From assembly GCA_028150825.1 (NCBI GenBank), contig JAOGIM010000004.1:16555-80554 (forward strand): a DNA stretch of 64,000 nt. The letters run 5' to 3'. The position numbers and the translations under genes are program-made. This document shows positions 48,468 to 58,897 of the stretch, in pieces. Each line of letters starts with the position of its first letter. Position 1 is the stretch's first letter. The notes beneath the pieces are model-generated. The model ran no database searches. It had not been told where the DNA came from and worked only from the letters and a program-made list of their open reading frames with translations. Origin of the DNA: Paracoccaceae bacterium (GTDB taxonomy: Bacteria; Pseudomonadota; Alphaproteobacteria; Rhodobacterales; Rhodobacteraceae).

Positions 48468-48506
48468 AATGGTAAAAGTGGTACTGGGAAAAGGTGATTA
48501 TTTTGT

Positions 48507-49763
48507 ATGGCAACTCGAAGCCACATTTTGGGTGTCGACTTTGGGACATCTAACTCTAGCGCAGGTTTTTTTCATGATGGTAAACCTAGGTTAATCGAAG
48601 TAGTCCCTGGAAAATATACATTGCCTACAACCTTCTTTTTCGATTTTGAGACCCGGCAGACGTTGATTGGTGAACTGGCTAATCAAGCACTGTTTGAAGG
48701 GTATGATGGGCGCTTTATGCGAACACTTAAACGCGTGCTTGGTACACCCTTGATGCATGAAAAACGTCAAATCCTTGATAAGCGCGTTACATTCGTCGAA
48801 ATTGTTGCTGATTTTCTACGTCACATTAAAACTCGAGCAGAGGCTACAACCGGTTTGGTATTTGACGACGCCATTTCAGGACGTCCTGTATTCTTTCACA
48901 GTTTAAACGACCCTCGCGAGAAACAAGCTGAGCTAGATCTACGTACTTGCTATTTAGCTGCAGGTTTCAACAAAGTTGAATTCATGGCAGAACCTGAGGC
49001 GGCAGCTATCGCCAGTAGAGCGCAGGGGCAGTCGGCGGAGATTAGTTTAATTGTTGATATTGGAGGAGGGACTTCAGACTTTTCACTTTTTCAGTCGGAC
49101 CATGAGAGCATGAAAATCTTAGCCAGCCATGGCGTTCGTGTTGGTGGCACAGATTTTGATCGCACAATTAGTTTCAGTCAAGTTATGCCGTTCCTAGGAA
49201 AGGGAACCCAGCTCCGAAACGTTCTGGGTTCGGGAACTTCAATGCTACCTAATGCGATTTTCAACGATCTCGCAACTTGGGAAAAGATTCCTTTTCTCTA
49301 CACCCCTCAAAATAGTCGATTGGCCCAAGAAATGTCACGGATAGCCATTGAACCAGATAAACTCAGGCGCCTGTCAAACGTAATAGATAATCGGCTGGGT
49401 CATGACCTAGCCTTTGCCGTTGAGAACGGTAAAATTATGGCAAATGCAGGACATAGAAAATCTCTCATTCGATTAGATCAGATTGAACGAGGGCTCACTG
49501 TTCCGTTGCCAAGTGAAGCATTGGCCAAAATCTTGGTATCGCATACTAATATTTTGCAGTCTACAGTGCATGAGACCGTCCAAAAGGCTAATTTGGATCT
49601 ACAACAAATAGATCGCGTTATCTACGTGGGCGGATCCAGTGTGATGACGGTAGTTGTCGAGACAATCAAAATGCTCTTCCCCGCCGCCCAACATTCATTT
49701 TCTGACGCTTTTACAGCTGTCGCTAAAGGGTTAGCGATCGCTTCCACTCGCATCACTCAGTAA
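48507..49763 (+). CDS. Hsp70-family ATPase-domain protein (YegD-like)
   Basis: 418 aa with ILGVDFGTSNS, VDIGGGTSDFS and VGGSS motifs. It has no substrate-binding domain. Confidence 0.8.
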   Translation: MATRSHILGVDFGTSNSSAGFFHDGKPRLIEVVPGKYTLPTTFFFDFETRQTLIGELANQALFEGYDGRFMRTLKRVLGTPLMHEKRQILDKRVTFVEIVADFLRHIKTRAEATTGLVFDDAISGRPVFFHSLNDPREKQAELDLRTCYLAAGFNKVEFMAEPEAAAIASRAQGQSAEISLIVDIGGGTSDFSLFQSDHESMKILASHGVRVGGTDFDRTISFSQVMPFLGKGTQLRNVLGSGTSMLPNAIFNDLATWEKIPFLYTPQNSRLAQEMSRIAIEPDKLRRLSNVIDNRLGHDLAFAVENGKIMANAGHRKSLIRLDQIERGLTVPLPSEALAKILVSHTNILQSTVHETVQKANLDLQQIDRVIYVGGSSVMTVVVETIKMLFPAAQHSFSDAFTAVAKGLAIASTRITQ

Positions 49764-49847
49764 CTTCTTAAGCGTGAACTAAGGTAACTCTTACCACCAA
49801 GTCTATAATTTTACCGTTTCTAAAACAGTTTGGACCAGTACGAAACA

Positions 49848-49875
49848 GCAAACACTATGTTGCAAACACTATGTT
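49848..49875. repeat. Perfect tandem duplication of a 14-mer
   Basis: GCAAACACTATGTT occurs twice back to back, about 75 nt upstream of the DMT gene at 49951. Confidence 0.8.
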
Positions 49876-49950
49876 CAATACAGCGCTTCCAGCATACTTA
49901 AAGCTCAAAGGTTACAATATTATGAATTTAACAGGCGCGATACGGAAGAT

Positions 49951-50850
49951 ATGAAAACTTCACCAAATCAAAACCTTTTTCTTGGTGCCAGCTTACTTAC
50001 AGGCGAGCTTGTTCTAACCATCTTAATAGCAAGCGTTGTTAAACTACTAGAACCGCAAATACCGATCTTTCAAATACTATTATGCCGTTATCTGTTTTGT
50101 CTTCCATTATTAGTGATTTACGGCCGTATGTCGCTTGGCCGACAATTCCTGAAGATCACTAATACTCGGATCCTTTTTCTAAGAACGTTTTGTGGATTTA
50201 TTGGGTTATTATTTTGGTATCTAGCCGTAGCAAAAATTGACATAAGCTTAGCTACCGTTTTGCTTAACACCATGCCCCTTTTTATAACACTATTATCCGC
50301 CCTAATAGCACATGAGAGCATAGGAATTCGTCGCACATTAGCGGTCATATTTGGCTTTGCCGGCGTACTATTAATTCTTCTACCAATTAGGGCAGACTTT
50401 AGCTTAATTGGAGCGTCTTATGCTTTATTAGGCGCACTTTTCGCAGGTCTAATGTTTGTATTTATACGCATGCTGGGAAAAAGTGATGCATCTATTTCAA
50501 CGGCCATCTGGTATAACGCTTTCGGTTTATTGGCCTCGGGTATTATTTGTATAATTTCTACTGACTTTCAATTTGTGGACTATACAAAAACTGATGCATT
50601 GCATCCTTGGGCTCTACTTATCGCGCTAGGCATTATGGCAAGTTTCCAACAGTTTTGTTTGGCCGAAAGCCATCGGTATGCAGACGCGTCAGCACTTGCG
50701 CCACTTCATTATTTATCTATTCCAGTTAGCGTTATTATTGGAATAATTTTGTTTGGAGATATCATCACTTTGAAGTTTATAATTGGTGCGTTAGTAATTG
50801 TGATATCAAGCTGCTACGTTTTGTTTAGAGAACGTTCCCAAGGTATTTAA
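49951..50850 (+). CDS. DMT-superfamily (EamA) transporter
   Basis: 299 aa, about 10 TM segments. Confidence 0.85.
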   Translation: MKTSPNQNLFLGASLLTGELVLTILIASVVKLLEPQIPIFQILLCRYLFCLPLLVIYGRMSLGRQFLKITNTRILFLRTFCGFIGLLFWYLAVAKIDISLATVLLNTMPLFITLLSALIAHESIGIRRTLAVIFGFAGVLLILLPIRADFSLIGASYALLGALFAGLMFVFIRMLGKSDASISTAIWYNAFGLLASGIICIISTDFQFVDYTKTDALHPWALLIALGIMASFQQFCLAESHRYADASALAPLHYLSIPVSVIIGIILFGDIITLKFIIGALVIVISSCYVLFRERSQGI

Positions 50851-50942
50851 TTCACATGTTGAAGATACTGCCGCAAACTGTTGCACCTTTGATATGACTG
50901 CCGTCCCTAATTTTTAGCTATTCGATATTTGATAACGGTCGG

Positions 50943-52073
50943 TTATTTTTTTCCTGGAACAGGGGGGTTTCCCGGGATTGGCAGCCCACGCATGGCTTTA
51001 CTCGAGCGCATATATTGTGGCGCATAAGCAGCTTCCTCATTTAATGCTTCAGCTGCGTGCCATGCCCAGCGAGGATTATGTAGCATACCTCTTGCTAAGG
51101 ACACCATATCTGCTTGGCCTGAACGTAAAACAGCTTCAGCTTGCTTTGGTTCTGTGATTTGCCCAACTGCCATGGTTGGTAGTCCAGTTTCGCGCCGAAT
51201 TTCAGCTGCAAATCCGGTCTGATAGCCTGGGCCTACATCAATTTTTTGGTCTGGTGAGTTTCCACCACTCGAAACATCGATGAAGTTGCAACCTCTTTTT
51301 TTCAATTCAAATGAAAACTGAGTGGATTCTTTCAAATCCCAACTCGATCTTTCAACCCAATCCGTTGCAGAGAAGCGAACACCAAGAGCTTTGTACTTAG
51401 GCCAAACTGATGCAATTGCGTCGAATACTTGTAGCGGAAAACGCATTCTGTTTTCCAGGCTCCCACCATATTGATCGCTACGTAGATTACTCAATGGAGA
51501 CAAAAACTGGTGCAAAAGATATCCATGAGCCGCATGTAGTTCTAAAACTTCGAATCCAACCCTATCTGCTCTTATGGTTGAGTCTACAAAAGCTTGCCTT
51601 ATACGAGCCAGGCCTGCCTCATCCAAAGCTGTTGGAGCCTCCCAACCTTCTGAAGCGTAGGGCATTGATGAAGGAGCTTCTGTTAGCCACCCTCTTGGGT
51701 CAGAGGCTGTGATTGGCTTTCCTCCAGACCATGGAAGGTCGGTTGATGCTTTGCGTCCGGCATGCCCAAGCTGGATTCCCATTTTTGCATTACCAAAACC
51801 ATAGCAAAAATCTACAATCCGTTTCAAACTAGCTTCGTGCTGATCCGAACAAAGGCTTAAACAACCGGGAGTAATACGGCCGTTCATTTCAACACCAACC
51901 ACCTCTGTGATAATCAGACCAACACCAGAAACCGCAAATTGACCTAAGTGCATAAGATGCCAATCAGCCGCATTTCCTTCGTTAGCACTATACTGACACA
52001 TTGGAGCAACAATAATTCTATTCCCAAGCTCTATATCCGCTAACATTATTGTTGAGAATAAGTGACTACCCAT
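50943..52073 (-). CDS. Old-Yellow-Enzyme-family NADH:flavin oxidoreductase
   Basis: 376 aa. IVAPMCQYS, LGHAGRK and ELHAAHGYLLHQFLSPLSN motifs, YqjM/NamA-like. Confidence 0.9.
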   Translation of the reverse strand: MGSHLFSTIMLADIELGNRIIVAPMCQYSANEGNAADWHLMHLGQFAVSGVGLIITEVVGVEMNGRITPGCLSLCSDQHEASLKRIVDFCYGFGNAKMGIQLGHAGRKASTDLPWSGGKPITASDPRGWLTEAPSSMPYASEGWEAPTALDEAGLARIRQAFVDSTIRADRVGFEVLELHAAHGYLLHQFLSPLSNLRSDQYGGSLENRMRFPLQVFDAIASVWPKYKALGVRFSATDWVERSSWDLKESTQFSFELKKRGCNFIDVSSGGNSPDQKIDVGPGYQTGFAAEIRRETGLPTMAVGQITEPKQAEAVLRSGQADMVSLARGMLHNPRWAWHAAEALNEEAAYAPQYMRSSKAMRGLPIPGNPPVPGKK

Positions 52074-52470
52074 TAATTTAATGCCTCAAAAGTTATAGTT
52101 AATTCTCTGTAATCTAGAAAACTCATCACCTATAATAGGTCTCATATTACTCTAGCAAACGCAACTCGTCGGCACTTGGCAGTTTTAGAGCTTAGTTTGG
52201 GCATGGACATTTTATAATATATTGTTTCACTTCAGCAATATGATCTCGCACAAAAATCCTGCCAACACGCAGACACTGTGTGCAACGCAGGTATCGCAGG
52301 GTACTCTGAGTATAAAAAGTGCGATAAGCATAAGACACCATGCGTCAAATTCACCTGCTAATCCTTCAGCTAAACTGAATTTACAGTTCAATAGATTTTA
52401 TTTGCTGTATCTGGGTAGATGGTTCATTATTAGACTAATAATTTAACTGTTCTAGTTTAGGCCTCATTAG

Positions 52471-53706
52471 ATGACCAAGATATCCGAAATGCCCGCTGTC
52501 GCCCGACACTTTATATCTAACCTTGACCTAACAGTCACAAGCCATCCTTCATGGACACAGCCAGTTCCAGCCAATGAGCGACGGGTATCCATTGTTTCGA
52601 CAGCCGCTGTGTCACGACGCGGAGACAAACCATTTTCTTGGCTTGCAAAGGACTCTCGCACCTTTCACAAAACTGACCGTGACTTGGTGATGACACATGT
52701 CGCTGTTGAGTTTGACCGATCTGCATGGCAGCAAGACCTAAACACAATTATACCACTAGACCGGCTTGAAGAAATGGCTGCAGACAGCGAAATCGACTCA
52801 GTTGCGGAAGAGCACTATTCTTTCATGGGCGCAGCAGATCCTGTGACGATGGAAAAATCAGCACGGGCAGTCGCAGCGAACATGAAGCGGGAAGGTGTTA
52901 ATACGGTTTTCCTCATACCTATATGACCGTTTTGCACGCGCGCCGTGTGCGGGCTGGCTCATTTCTTTGAATCAGAAGGTTTATCGACGGTTCTCGTGGG
53001 CTTTGTGCGTGAGCATTTGGAAGCAATGCGTCCTCCTCGTTCCTTGTTTTTAGATTTCCCAATGGGTCGGGGCATGGGCAAGCCAAACAACCCAAGATTT
53101 CAGAAAAAGGTAATCCGTGCAGCGTTTGAACTGCTCGACACAAACGGTGGTCCCGTAATCGATGATTTTCCCGAAATCATCCCAGTAAGGGCAGGGCGCA
53201 TGGGCTATGCTCTGCCACCTGAGCTAGTTTTGAGTGTCGATGACGTCGGCAATTTGGATGTTGTTCTGGCTGAGGTTAGGAGCGAAATGGAGGCTCTGCG
53301 ACCAGATTATGACGTGGCGGTTGCAGCGCGAGGGCGCACCACGGTTGGCGCCAGCGGGCTTGCGGTTGAAGAGTTGGCACCCTTCGTGGCTGGATTTTTA
53401 GGTGGTGAGATCCCCCAAAGCCCCAGAAAGGGCATGGCTGCGATTCCGCTGCTGAAACTCGTGGTTGAAGATCTTGAGGCCTACTACACTGAGACGCGCA
53501 CCCATCGTGACAGAATTGACGACCTGGAGCTGATGGGCGAATGGTTCTGGGAAGAAAGTAAAGTCGGAAGACTTCTGTTGTTGCTCGAAGCTGTCTCTGT
53601 CGCTTCTGATAACAAAGTGATGCTTCAGATTGTCGAGATGTCTCTAATGGCGCCGCGTTTCTGGTCCGAGGGTCCATTGCCGGGAACCTCGGCGGCCGGT
53701 TGGTGA
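52471..53706 (+). CDS. GrdB-like selenoprotein (Sec encoded by TGA at 52924-52926)
   Basis: Track ORFs 52471-52926 and 52945-53706 share a frame and are separated only by TGA plus six sense codons. The joined product reads ...REGVNTVFLIPI-U-PFCTRAVCGLAHFFESEG.... A hairpin follows the TGA, and selD, tRNA-Sec, selB and selA are adjacent. Confidence 0.8.
52931..52953 (+). promoter_or_regulatory. Candidate bacterial SECIS hairpin
   Basis: Stem GCACGC (52934-52939) pairs with GUGUGC (52945-52950), including one G.U pair, around loop GCGCC. Three flanking U.G pairs can extend it. The stem starts 8 nt after the TGA. Confidence 0.55.
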
Positions 53707-53931
53707 CGTGGGTAGCGGCTGCATCAAAAGGGAGCAGCGGTGCAATAAAGACCGGGCTCAAAATATCCAACGGTTGTATTGGCAGGCGATATTTTGACGA
53801 TAGCCCATTTCTGCAACATAATATCGAAATGACTACGCGCCCGTGATACAAGATTTCAAAGATAGATGATTGCATCGGTTGTGATGCAGGTTTAGGGCTG
53901 GTTTTCAAGCACTATTAAAGGTTTATAGACA

Positions 53932-54999
53932 ATGTCCTCCATACCTTCTCTGACCAGTCTGGCAAAATCGGCGGGCTGCGCTGCTAAGATTGCGCAAGGT
54001 GATCTCACCAAAGCTTTGGCCCATTTACCCAAGTCGGATGATCCTGATTTGATGGTGGATCACGCAGGATCTGATGATGCTGCGGTTTACCGCCTTTCAG
54101 CTGAGCTAGCACTAGTAGAAACTGTCGATATTTTCCCACCGATTGTTGATGACCCATTTGATTATGGACGGATCGCGGCCACCAATGCGCTTAGTGATAT
54201 CTATGCTATGGGTGCAAAGCCAATTAGTGCGCTCAGCTTTGTTGGTTGGCCGGTCGAAGTGTTAGGCGTGGATCGGCTTGGTGCCGTTTTAAAAGGTGCG
54301 GCCAGCATTTGTAACCAAGCTGGAATTGCGATTGCCGGTGGCCATTCAATTGTCGATAGTGAGCCAAAATTTGGTCTGTTTGTGACCGGCTTGGTGCATC
54401 CAGATAAAATCATCGATAACAGTGGCGCGAGGGCGGGTGATTATTTGGTCTTAACCAAAAAAATTGGTACAGGCGTGTTAACTACGGCAGCCAAACGTGG
54501 ACACTTGCCAGCTAGTAGATTGGACGAAGCCGTTGCGTCGATGACCACTCTCAATAGCGCAGCAGCGTTGGTGATGACGGCGCAGAATGTACACGCTGCG
54601 ACAGATGTGACCGGTTTCGGATTACTTGGTCATCTTGGTAATATGCTGAAAGCTTCTTCAATGGCCGCTCAAAAACCACTTGGAGCCAATCTGTCCTACT
54701 CAAAAATACCCCTCTTTGAGGGTGTAGAGACGCTCCTAGATCAAGGTCTTTGCCCTCTAGGCACTAAGCGGAATCTCGAAACTGCAGCGTCGCTAACAAC
54801 ATTTTCTGCCGATATCAGTTATAACCATCAATTGTTATTGGCAGATGCGCAGACCTCTGGCGGCTTACTAATGGCAGTACCCAAAGCTCGTCTTGAAGAC
54901 CTTTTGACCGAGCTTAAAGTGAATATGGTTACATCCTGTGCCGTGATTGGCCAAGTCGTACAGTCTAACCAATCATCTCACATTCAAGTCGAACTCTAG
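53932..54999 (+). CDS. selD: Selenide, water dikinase (selenophosphate synthetase), Cys form
   Basis: 355 aa. N-terminal SAGCAAKI corresponds to the GAGCGCKI active-site loop. AIR-synthase-like fold pattern. Confidence 0.9.
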   Translation: MSSIPSLTSLAKSAGCAAKIAQGDLTKALAHLPKSDDPDLMVDHAGSDDAAVYRLSAELALVETVDIFPPIVDDPFDYGRIAATNALSDIYAMGAKPISALSFVGWPVEVLGVDRLGAVLKGAASICNQAGIAIAGGHSIVDSEPKFGLFVTGLVHPDKIIDNSGARAGDYLVLTKKIGTGVLTTAAKRGHLPASRLDEAVASMTTLNSAAALVMTAQNVHAATDVTGFGLLGHLGNMLKASSMAAQKPLGANLSYSKIPLFEGVETLLDQGLCPLGTKRNLETAASLTTFSADISYNHQLLLADAQTSGGLLMAVPKARLEDLLTELKVNMVTSCAVIGQVVQSNQSSHIQVEL

Positions 55000-55077
55000 A
55001 GGATCAAGAACGCTTAAAAGCTTGAGGCCCACTTGCTGCTTAAGCTTAATTTCTTGGTGCAACTCAGTACAAATATT

Positions 55078-55173
55078 TGGCGAAAGAGCGTGGGAGTCGA
55101 ACCCACCAGAGACGTGGTACGCCCCTCACTAGATTTGAAGTCTAGGCGCCCCACCAGGGTGCGATCCTCTTCC
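55078..55173 (-). tRNA. selC: tRNA-Sec (anticodon UCA)
   Basis: The reverse complement reads GGAAGAGG-AU-CGCACCCUGGUGGGGCG-C-CUAGA-CUUCAAA-UCUAG-[long variable arm UGAGGGGCGUACCACGUCUCUG]-GUGGGUUCGACUCCCAC-GCUCUUUC-G-CCA. It has an extended acceptor stem, the UCA anticodon in a CUUCAAA loop, a long extra arm and an encoded CCA. Confidence 0.9.
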
Positions 55174-55191
55174 CTACTTTTAACTTTCTAA

Positions 55192-57108
55192 TCACAAAAT
55201 ATTTGAGATGGGCCGCTGTACGCGACGAAATTCACCCACACGTGTAGTAAAGCCCACCTGGTCAAAATATTCCAGCACAGCTATAACAAAATTTCTGCCC
55301 ATGTTTACCTCGTCTCGGAAATCGATTGTTGTGAACAGCCCATCTGTCGACTTGGCCGCCAATTTCTGTGCACTGGCTTTAAGTTTGGCCACTAGAATTG
55401 AAGGTACATAGCGGTTTTTCTTTACCAAAACAATATCGCCAAGCTTTACACCAATTTTTAATGTCTTTTCGAGTATCGAAGCTTCAATCCCAATTTTCTG
55501 GGCTGCCTGATAAAGACCAGGAGGAGCGCCGCAATCTGGGGCTAGAACCAGTGTTGCCTGTGCCAGAATGAATTTTTCTTGCTCTGAAATATAGATATTG
55601 TGCGAGGGTAAATGGAACCGGTTTCTACGCGCGCACAATCGCTTTTCAGAAATCAATATTGTTAGTGCTAGGTTCAGGGTGCCTTCGTCAAAAAAGATAT
55701 CAAGTAGAGCTTGTAGGTCTTTAATACTTGCTCCAAAAAATTTTGGGCTACTTTTATGGAAAGTGGCAAGACTGGTTAGAATTAGGTTCATTAAACCGCG
55801 CCACCTAGCTTCACAGAAAATTCGTTCGTTTGGAGGCTCTCCCACCCGCCGCAACCCCAGCGAAACGATGAGTGCATCGATTTGCTCGGCCAGGAGGTTG
55901 TGCGATATTGAAAACGGCTTTAAAGGCACGCCAGTTTCACTCTGCGTTGCCAATGCTTGAAGTACGTCTGCTGTAGTTTCTCCACGCATGGCTTTTAAGA
56001 TCGCAATCCGGCTGGGTCTTGCGCGACCACGTTTTGGCGAGAAAGGATCGATTACGTACCCACCTGCAATTGTACGTTGTGCGGATTGATCACGAAGAAC
56101 AAAACGGTCTCCGCTCAGGGCGAATGTATCACGAGGTAGGACCAGTTGGGCCAAGCCGCTTGCGCCTGGTAAAATGTTTCCACCTGACAAAACTGCAACC
56201 CTTGCTGGCAGATGATCGGATCCAATATGAAAATGTGTTGGAGACCAGTGTTTCAAAGAACTAGTTTCAGTTTTTAATACATGTAAATTAACATCTATGC
56301 GTCTTGTCGGAGCGCAGAGATCGGAATGCGTGAGCCATGTGCCACGCCTTATAGATTTCTCACTTACGCCCCGCCCGACGATATTCAGGGCGCAGCGTTC
56401 ACCAGCCTTTGCTTTGGCACGTATTTGGTTGTGAACTCTAATCTCACGCACACGGAGAGTTGATCCGTCGGATAAAAGTGTCAAACTTTCAGCATTATAA
56501 ACGGTTCCCGAAACTACCATTCCAGTCACTACTAAACCGACCCCTTTCAGAGTGAACGCCCGATCGATGGTCATTCGGAAATGACCACTTGCCACCGTAG
56601 GTTTGATAGTCTTTGCACGTAGATTCAGCGCTTCTCTAAGCGCTTCCATGCCGATGCTTTTAGGGGCGCAAACAGGGTACAGAGCGTGTTCCTGATACCC
56701 TTCTTTTTCAAGGAAATTTGTGACCTGTATATACACCTCTGAGAGGTCATTTGATGCTACACGATCAATCTTAGTCAGTGCTACCAGAATGTTTTTAATG
56801 CCAAGCAGGCCAAGTATAGCAAGATGTTCCCGTGTTTGTGGCATCACACCATCATCAGCGGCTATTACCAATAGGCCCAGATCAATCCCGGCTAGACCTG
56901 CCACCATATTGCGAATAAATTTCTCATGCCCAGGGACATCTACAAACCCAAGAATCTCACCGTCGGGCAGAGTGTTATAAGCAAACCCGAGATCCACTGT
57001 CAGCCCACGCGCTTTTTCTTCTGGCAGGCGATCCGTATTGATACCAGTCAATGCTTTTATTAGTTCGGTCTTGCCGTGGTCCACATGTCCTGCTGTTGCA
57101 ACGATCAT
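55192..57108 (-). CDS. selB: Selenocysteine-specific elongation factor
   Basis: 638 aa. [30 protein letters not shown] and a long C-terminal winged-helix extension. Its stop lies 18 nt before tRNA-Sec. Confidence 0.9.
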   Translation of the reverse strand: MIVATAGHVDHGKTELIKALTGINTDRLPEEKARGLTVDLGFAYNTLPDGEILGFVDVPGHEKFIRNMVAGLAGIDLGLLVIAADDGVMPQTREHLAILGLLGIKNILVALTKIDRVASNDLSEVYIQVTNFLEKEGYQEHALYPVCAPKSIGMEALREALNLRAKTIKPTVASGHFRMTIDRAFTLKGVGLVVTGMVVSGTVYNAESLTLLSDGSTLRVREIRVHNQIRAKAKAGERCALNIVGRGVSEKSIRRGTWLTHSDLCAPTRRIDVNLHVLKTETSSLKHWSPTHFHIGSDHLPARVAVLSGGNILPGASGLAQLVLPRDTFALSGDRFVLRDQSAQRTIAGGYVIDPFSPKRGRARPSRIAILKAMRGETTADVLQALATQSETGVPLKPFSISHNLLAEQIDALIVSLGLRRVGEPPNERIFCEARWRGLMNLILTSLATFHKSSPKFFGASIKDLQALLDIFFDEGTLNLALTILISEKRLCARRNRFHLPSHNIYISEQEKFILAQATLVLAPDCGAPPGLYQAAQKIGIEASILEKTLKIGVKLGDIVLVKKNRYVPSILVAKLKASAQKLAAKSTDGLFTTIDFRDEVNMGRNFVIAVLEYFDQVGFTTRVGEFRRVQRPISNIL

Positions 57109-58499
57109 GCGACTTTTAAGCTATGCAGATTTTCAACAAAGCCCTTTTCGTCTTCGAGGCATCTTAGATCAAACCACAGCGCATCATCAGAAATGCGCCC
57201 AATCACGGGAATTGGTAGTTCCCGAAAGGCCTTAGAAAGCCTGTTCAGACTATTACCGGAGCGACGAAGATCAGGCCGTGTTATCTTCAGCGCAGCGCTT
57301 TGTAATCTGTTGATTGGTAATGCCCCACTGCCCACCTGGCTATGGGTTTGCGCAACTGAAACCTCACATTGATTTAAGCGGTCTTTAAGTATTGTGACAA
57401 GTCGGTTTGCCAACTGTTCAATTTCTGCCAGGTCGCGGGTAAGCAAGCGTAACGTAGGTAGCTCCTCAACCAAGCGCTTGCTGTCAGTATACAAACGCAG
57501 AACGGCCTGAAGAGCGGCTAAGGTGACTTTGTCAGGCCGCATGGCTCGTGTCATAGGGTTGCGTTTAAGTTTTTCGATCAAATCGCGGCGACCCGCAATT
57601 ATGCCTGCCTGTGGTCCGCCAAGAAGCTTGTCACCGCTAAAAGTCACCAGATCAGCACCAAATTCCAATGCATCCATGACGGTTGTTTCATAAGGCAGAT
57701 TATAAGGCTGCAGGTCAATTAGAGTACCGCTGCCCAGATCCGTGACAAAGGGTAAATTGTGACGATGCGCAATCCTAGAAAGTTCTCTTTCTAAAACACT
57801 TTTGGTGAACCCTTTGATCTCAAAATTACTGGTGTGAACCTTCATTATTAATGCAGTTCTAGGGCTAATTGCTGTCTCAAAATCTGCTTCGTTTGTCCGG
57901 TTGGTTGTGCCAACCTCCACCAGTTTGCAACTTGCGCGGGCCATGATGTCCGGCATACGGAAGGCTCCACCAATCTCGATAAGCTCACCCCGTGAAACAA
58001 GGACTTCCTTGCGCCGCGCCAAACTGTTGAGCGTCAGCAACACCGCTGCCGCGTTATTATTAACAACGAGCGCACCCTCGGCCCCTGTAAGCTGACACAA
58101 CAAAGCCTCGGCATGTTTATGTCGATCACCACGCTTGCCTGTTTCCAAATTGAATTCCACGGTACTCGCGCCACGCGCAACATCCACCATCGCCTGTATG
58201 GCAGATTCGGGTAAGGTGGCGCGGCCGAGATTTGTATGCAGCACGGTACCGGTTAGATTGTAAACTGGTCGGATCGATGGCAGCGAAATGCGTTCTATCT
58301 CTTGTAAAACTGATTGAACCAGCGCAGCCATATTAGTAGCTTTGCCAGCCACCACACTCTGGCGTACATTCATAAAGACATTCTGTGCGCAGTGTGTGAC
58401 CAACGCCAAACCATACTTACGCACCAGTTCCTGCACAAATGGCGTATTCACAAGACGGTCCACTGAAGGAAGTTGTTTGGGTGTATCGATGATTGTCAT
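57105..58499 (-). CDS. selA: L-seryl-tRNA(Sec) selenium transferase
   Basis: LPSVDRLV near the N-terminus and the PLP-lysine motif [15 protein letters not shown]. Start placed at MTIIDTPKQ (58499); the ORF track allows TTG at 58541. ATGA-type overlap with selB. Confidence 0.9.
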   Translation of the reverse strand: MTIIDTPKQLPSVDRLVNTPFVQELVRKYGLALVTHCAQNVFMNVRQSVVAGKATNMAALVQSVLQEIERISLPSIRPVYNLTGTVLHTNLGRATLPESAIQAMVDVARGASTVEFNLETGKRGDRHKHAEALLCQLTGAEGALVVNNNAAAVLLTLNSLARRKEVLVSRGELIEIGGAFRMPDIMARASCKLVEVGTTNRTNEADFETAISPRTALIMKVHTSNFEIKGFTKSVLERELSRIAHRHNLPFVTDLGSGTLIDLQPYNLPYETTVMDALEFGADLVTFSGDKLLGGPQAGIIAGRRDLIEKLKRNPMTRAMRPDKVTLAALQAVLRLYTDSKRLVEELPTLRLLTRDLAEIEQLANRLVTILKDRLNQCEVSVAQTHSQVGSGALPINRLQSAALKITRPDLRRSGNSLNRLSKAFRELPIPVIGRISDDALWFDLRCLEDEKGFVENLHSLKVA

Positions 58500-58537
58500 C
58501 TCTATTCCATTGGGCAAGCTGCGATTCAAATTTATTT

Positions 58538-58897
58538 TCAAGCTATCATATCTTGATAAGCCGCTTCGCTCATCAAGCTGTCCAGAACTGTCATATCATC
58601 CAGTTTGATCTTAAAAAATCAGCACCGACCAGTTGGATCTTTGTCCACCTGATTTGACCCATCAACAAACGCTTCGTTGACCGCGACAATCTCTCCATCG
58701 TACATGGCCGAAATCTCACTAGCAGCCTTAACGCACTAGATCTCAACAATTTTGTCTCCCCGAGTTAAAAGGGTTCCTGGTTCTGTAAGTTCTAAAAATA
58801 CGACATCGCCCAACTGTTCAGTTGCAAATTCCGTAATGCCTAAAAAAACGCCATTTCCATCGACCCTTAGCCAGTCATGTTCTTTGGTGTATCTCAT
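58538..58897 (-). pseudogene. Glycine-cleavage H-protein-like gene with two in-frame stops
   Basis: MRYTKEHDWLRV...GITEFATEQLGDVVFLELTEPG...GDKIVEI-TAG-CVKAASEISAMYDGEIVAVNEAF...DPTGRC-TGA-FFKIKLDD...*. It is colinear with GcvH (119 codons) and keeps the lipoyl-lysine context VKAAS. TAG (58736-58738) replaces the conserved Glu; TGA (58619-58621) replaces the conserved Trp. Confidence 0.75.

Noticed and set aside
53276-53908. 210-aa minus-strand ORF
   Set aside because: It is antisense to the GC-rich 3' half of the selenoprotein gene, with Arg/Pro/Ser-rich composition typical of shadow ORFs.
55078-55173. tRNA-Sec as the integration site of the island marked by the integrase remnant at 60157
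   Set aside because: selB, selA, the gcvH-like gene and a LysR gene lie between the tRNA and the integrase stub. I could find no direct repeat of the tRNA 3' end by eye, so the link is unsupported.
58619-58738. TAG and TGA inside the gcvH-like frame, considered as programmed recoding (Sec/Pyl/Trp reassignment)
   Set aside because: Other genes in the window use TGA and TAG as genuine stops. The codons replace conserved Glu and Trp, not Cys. Two different stop codons in one small gene is best explained by decay.
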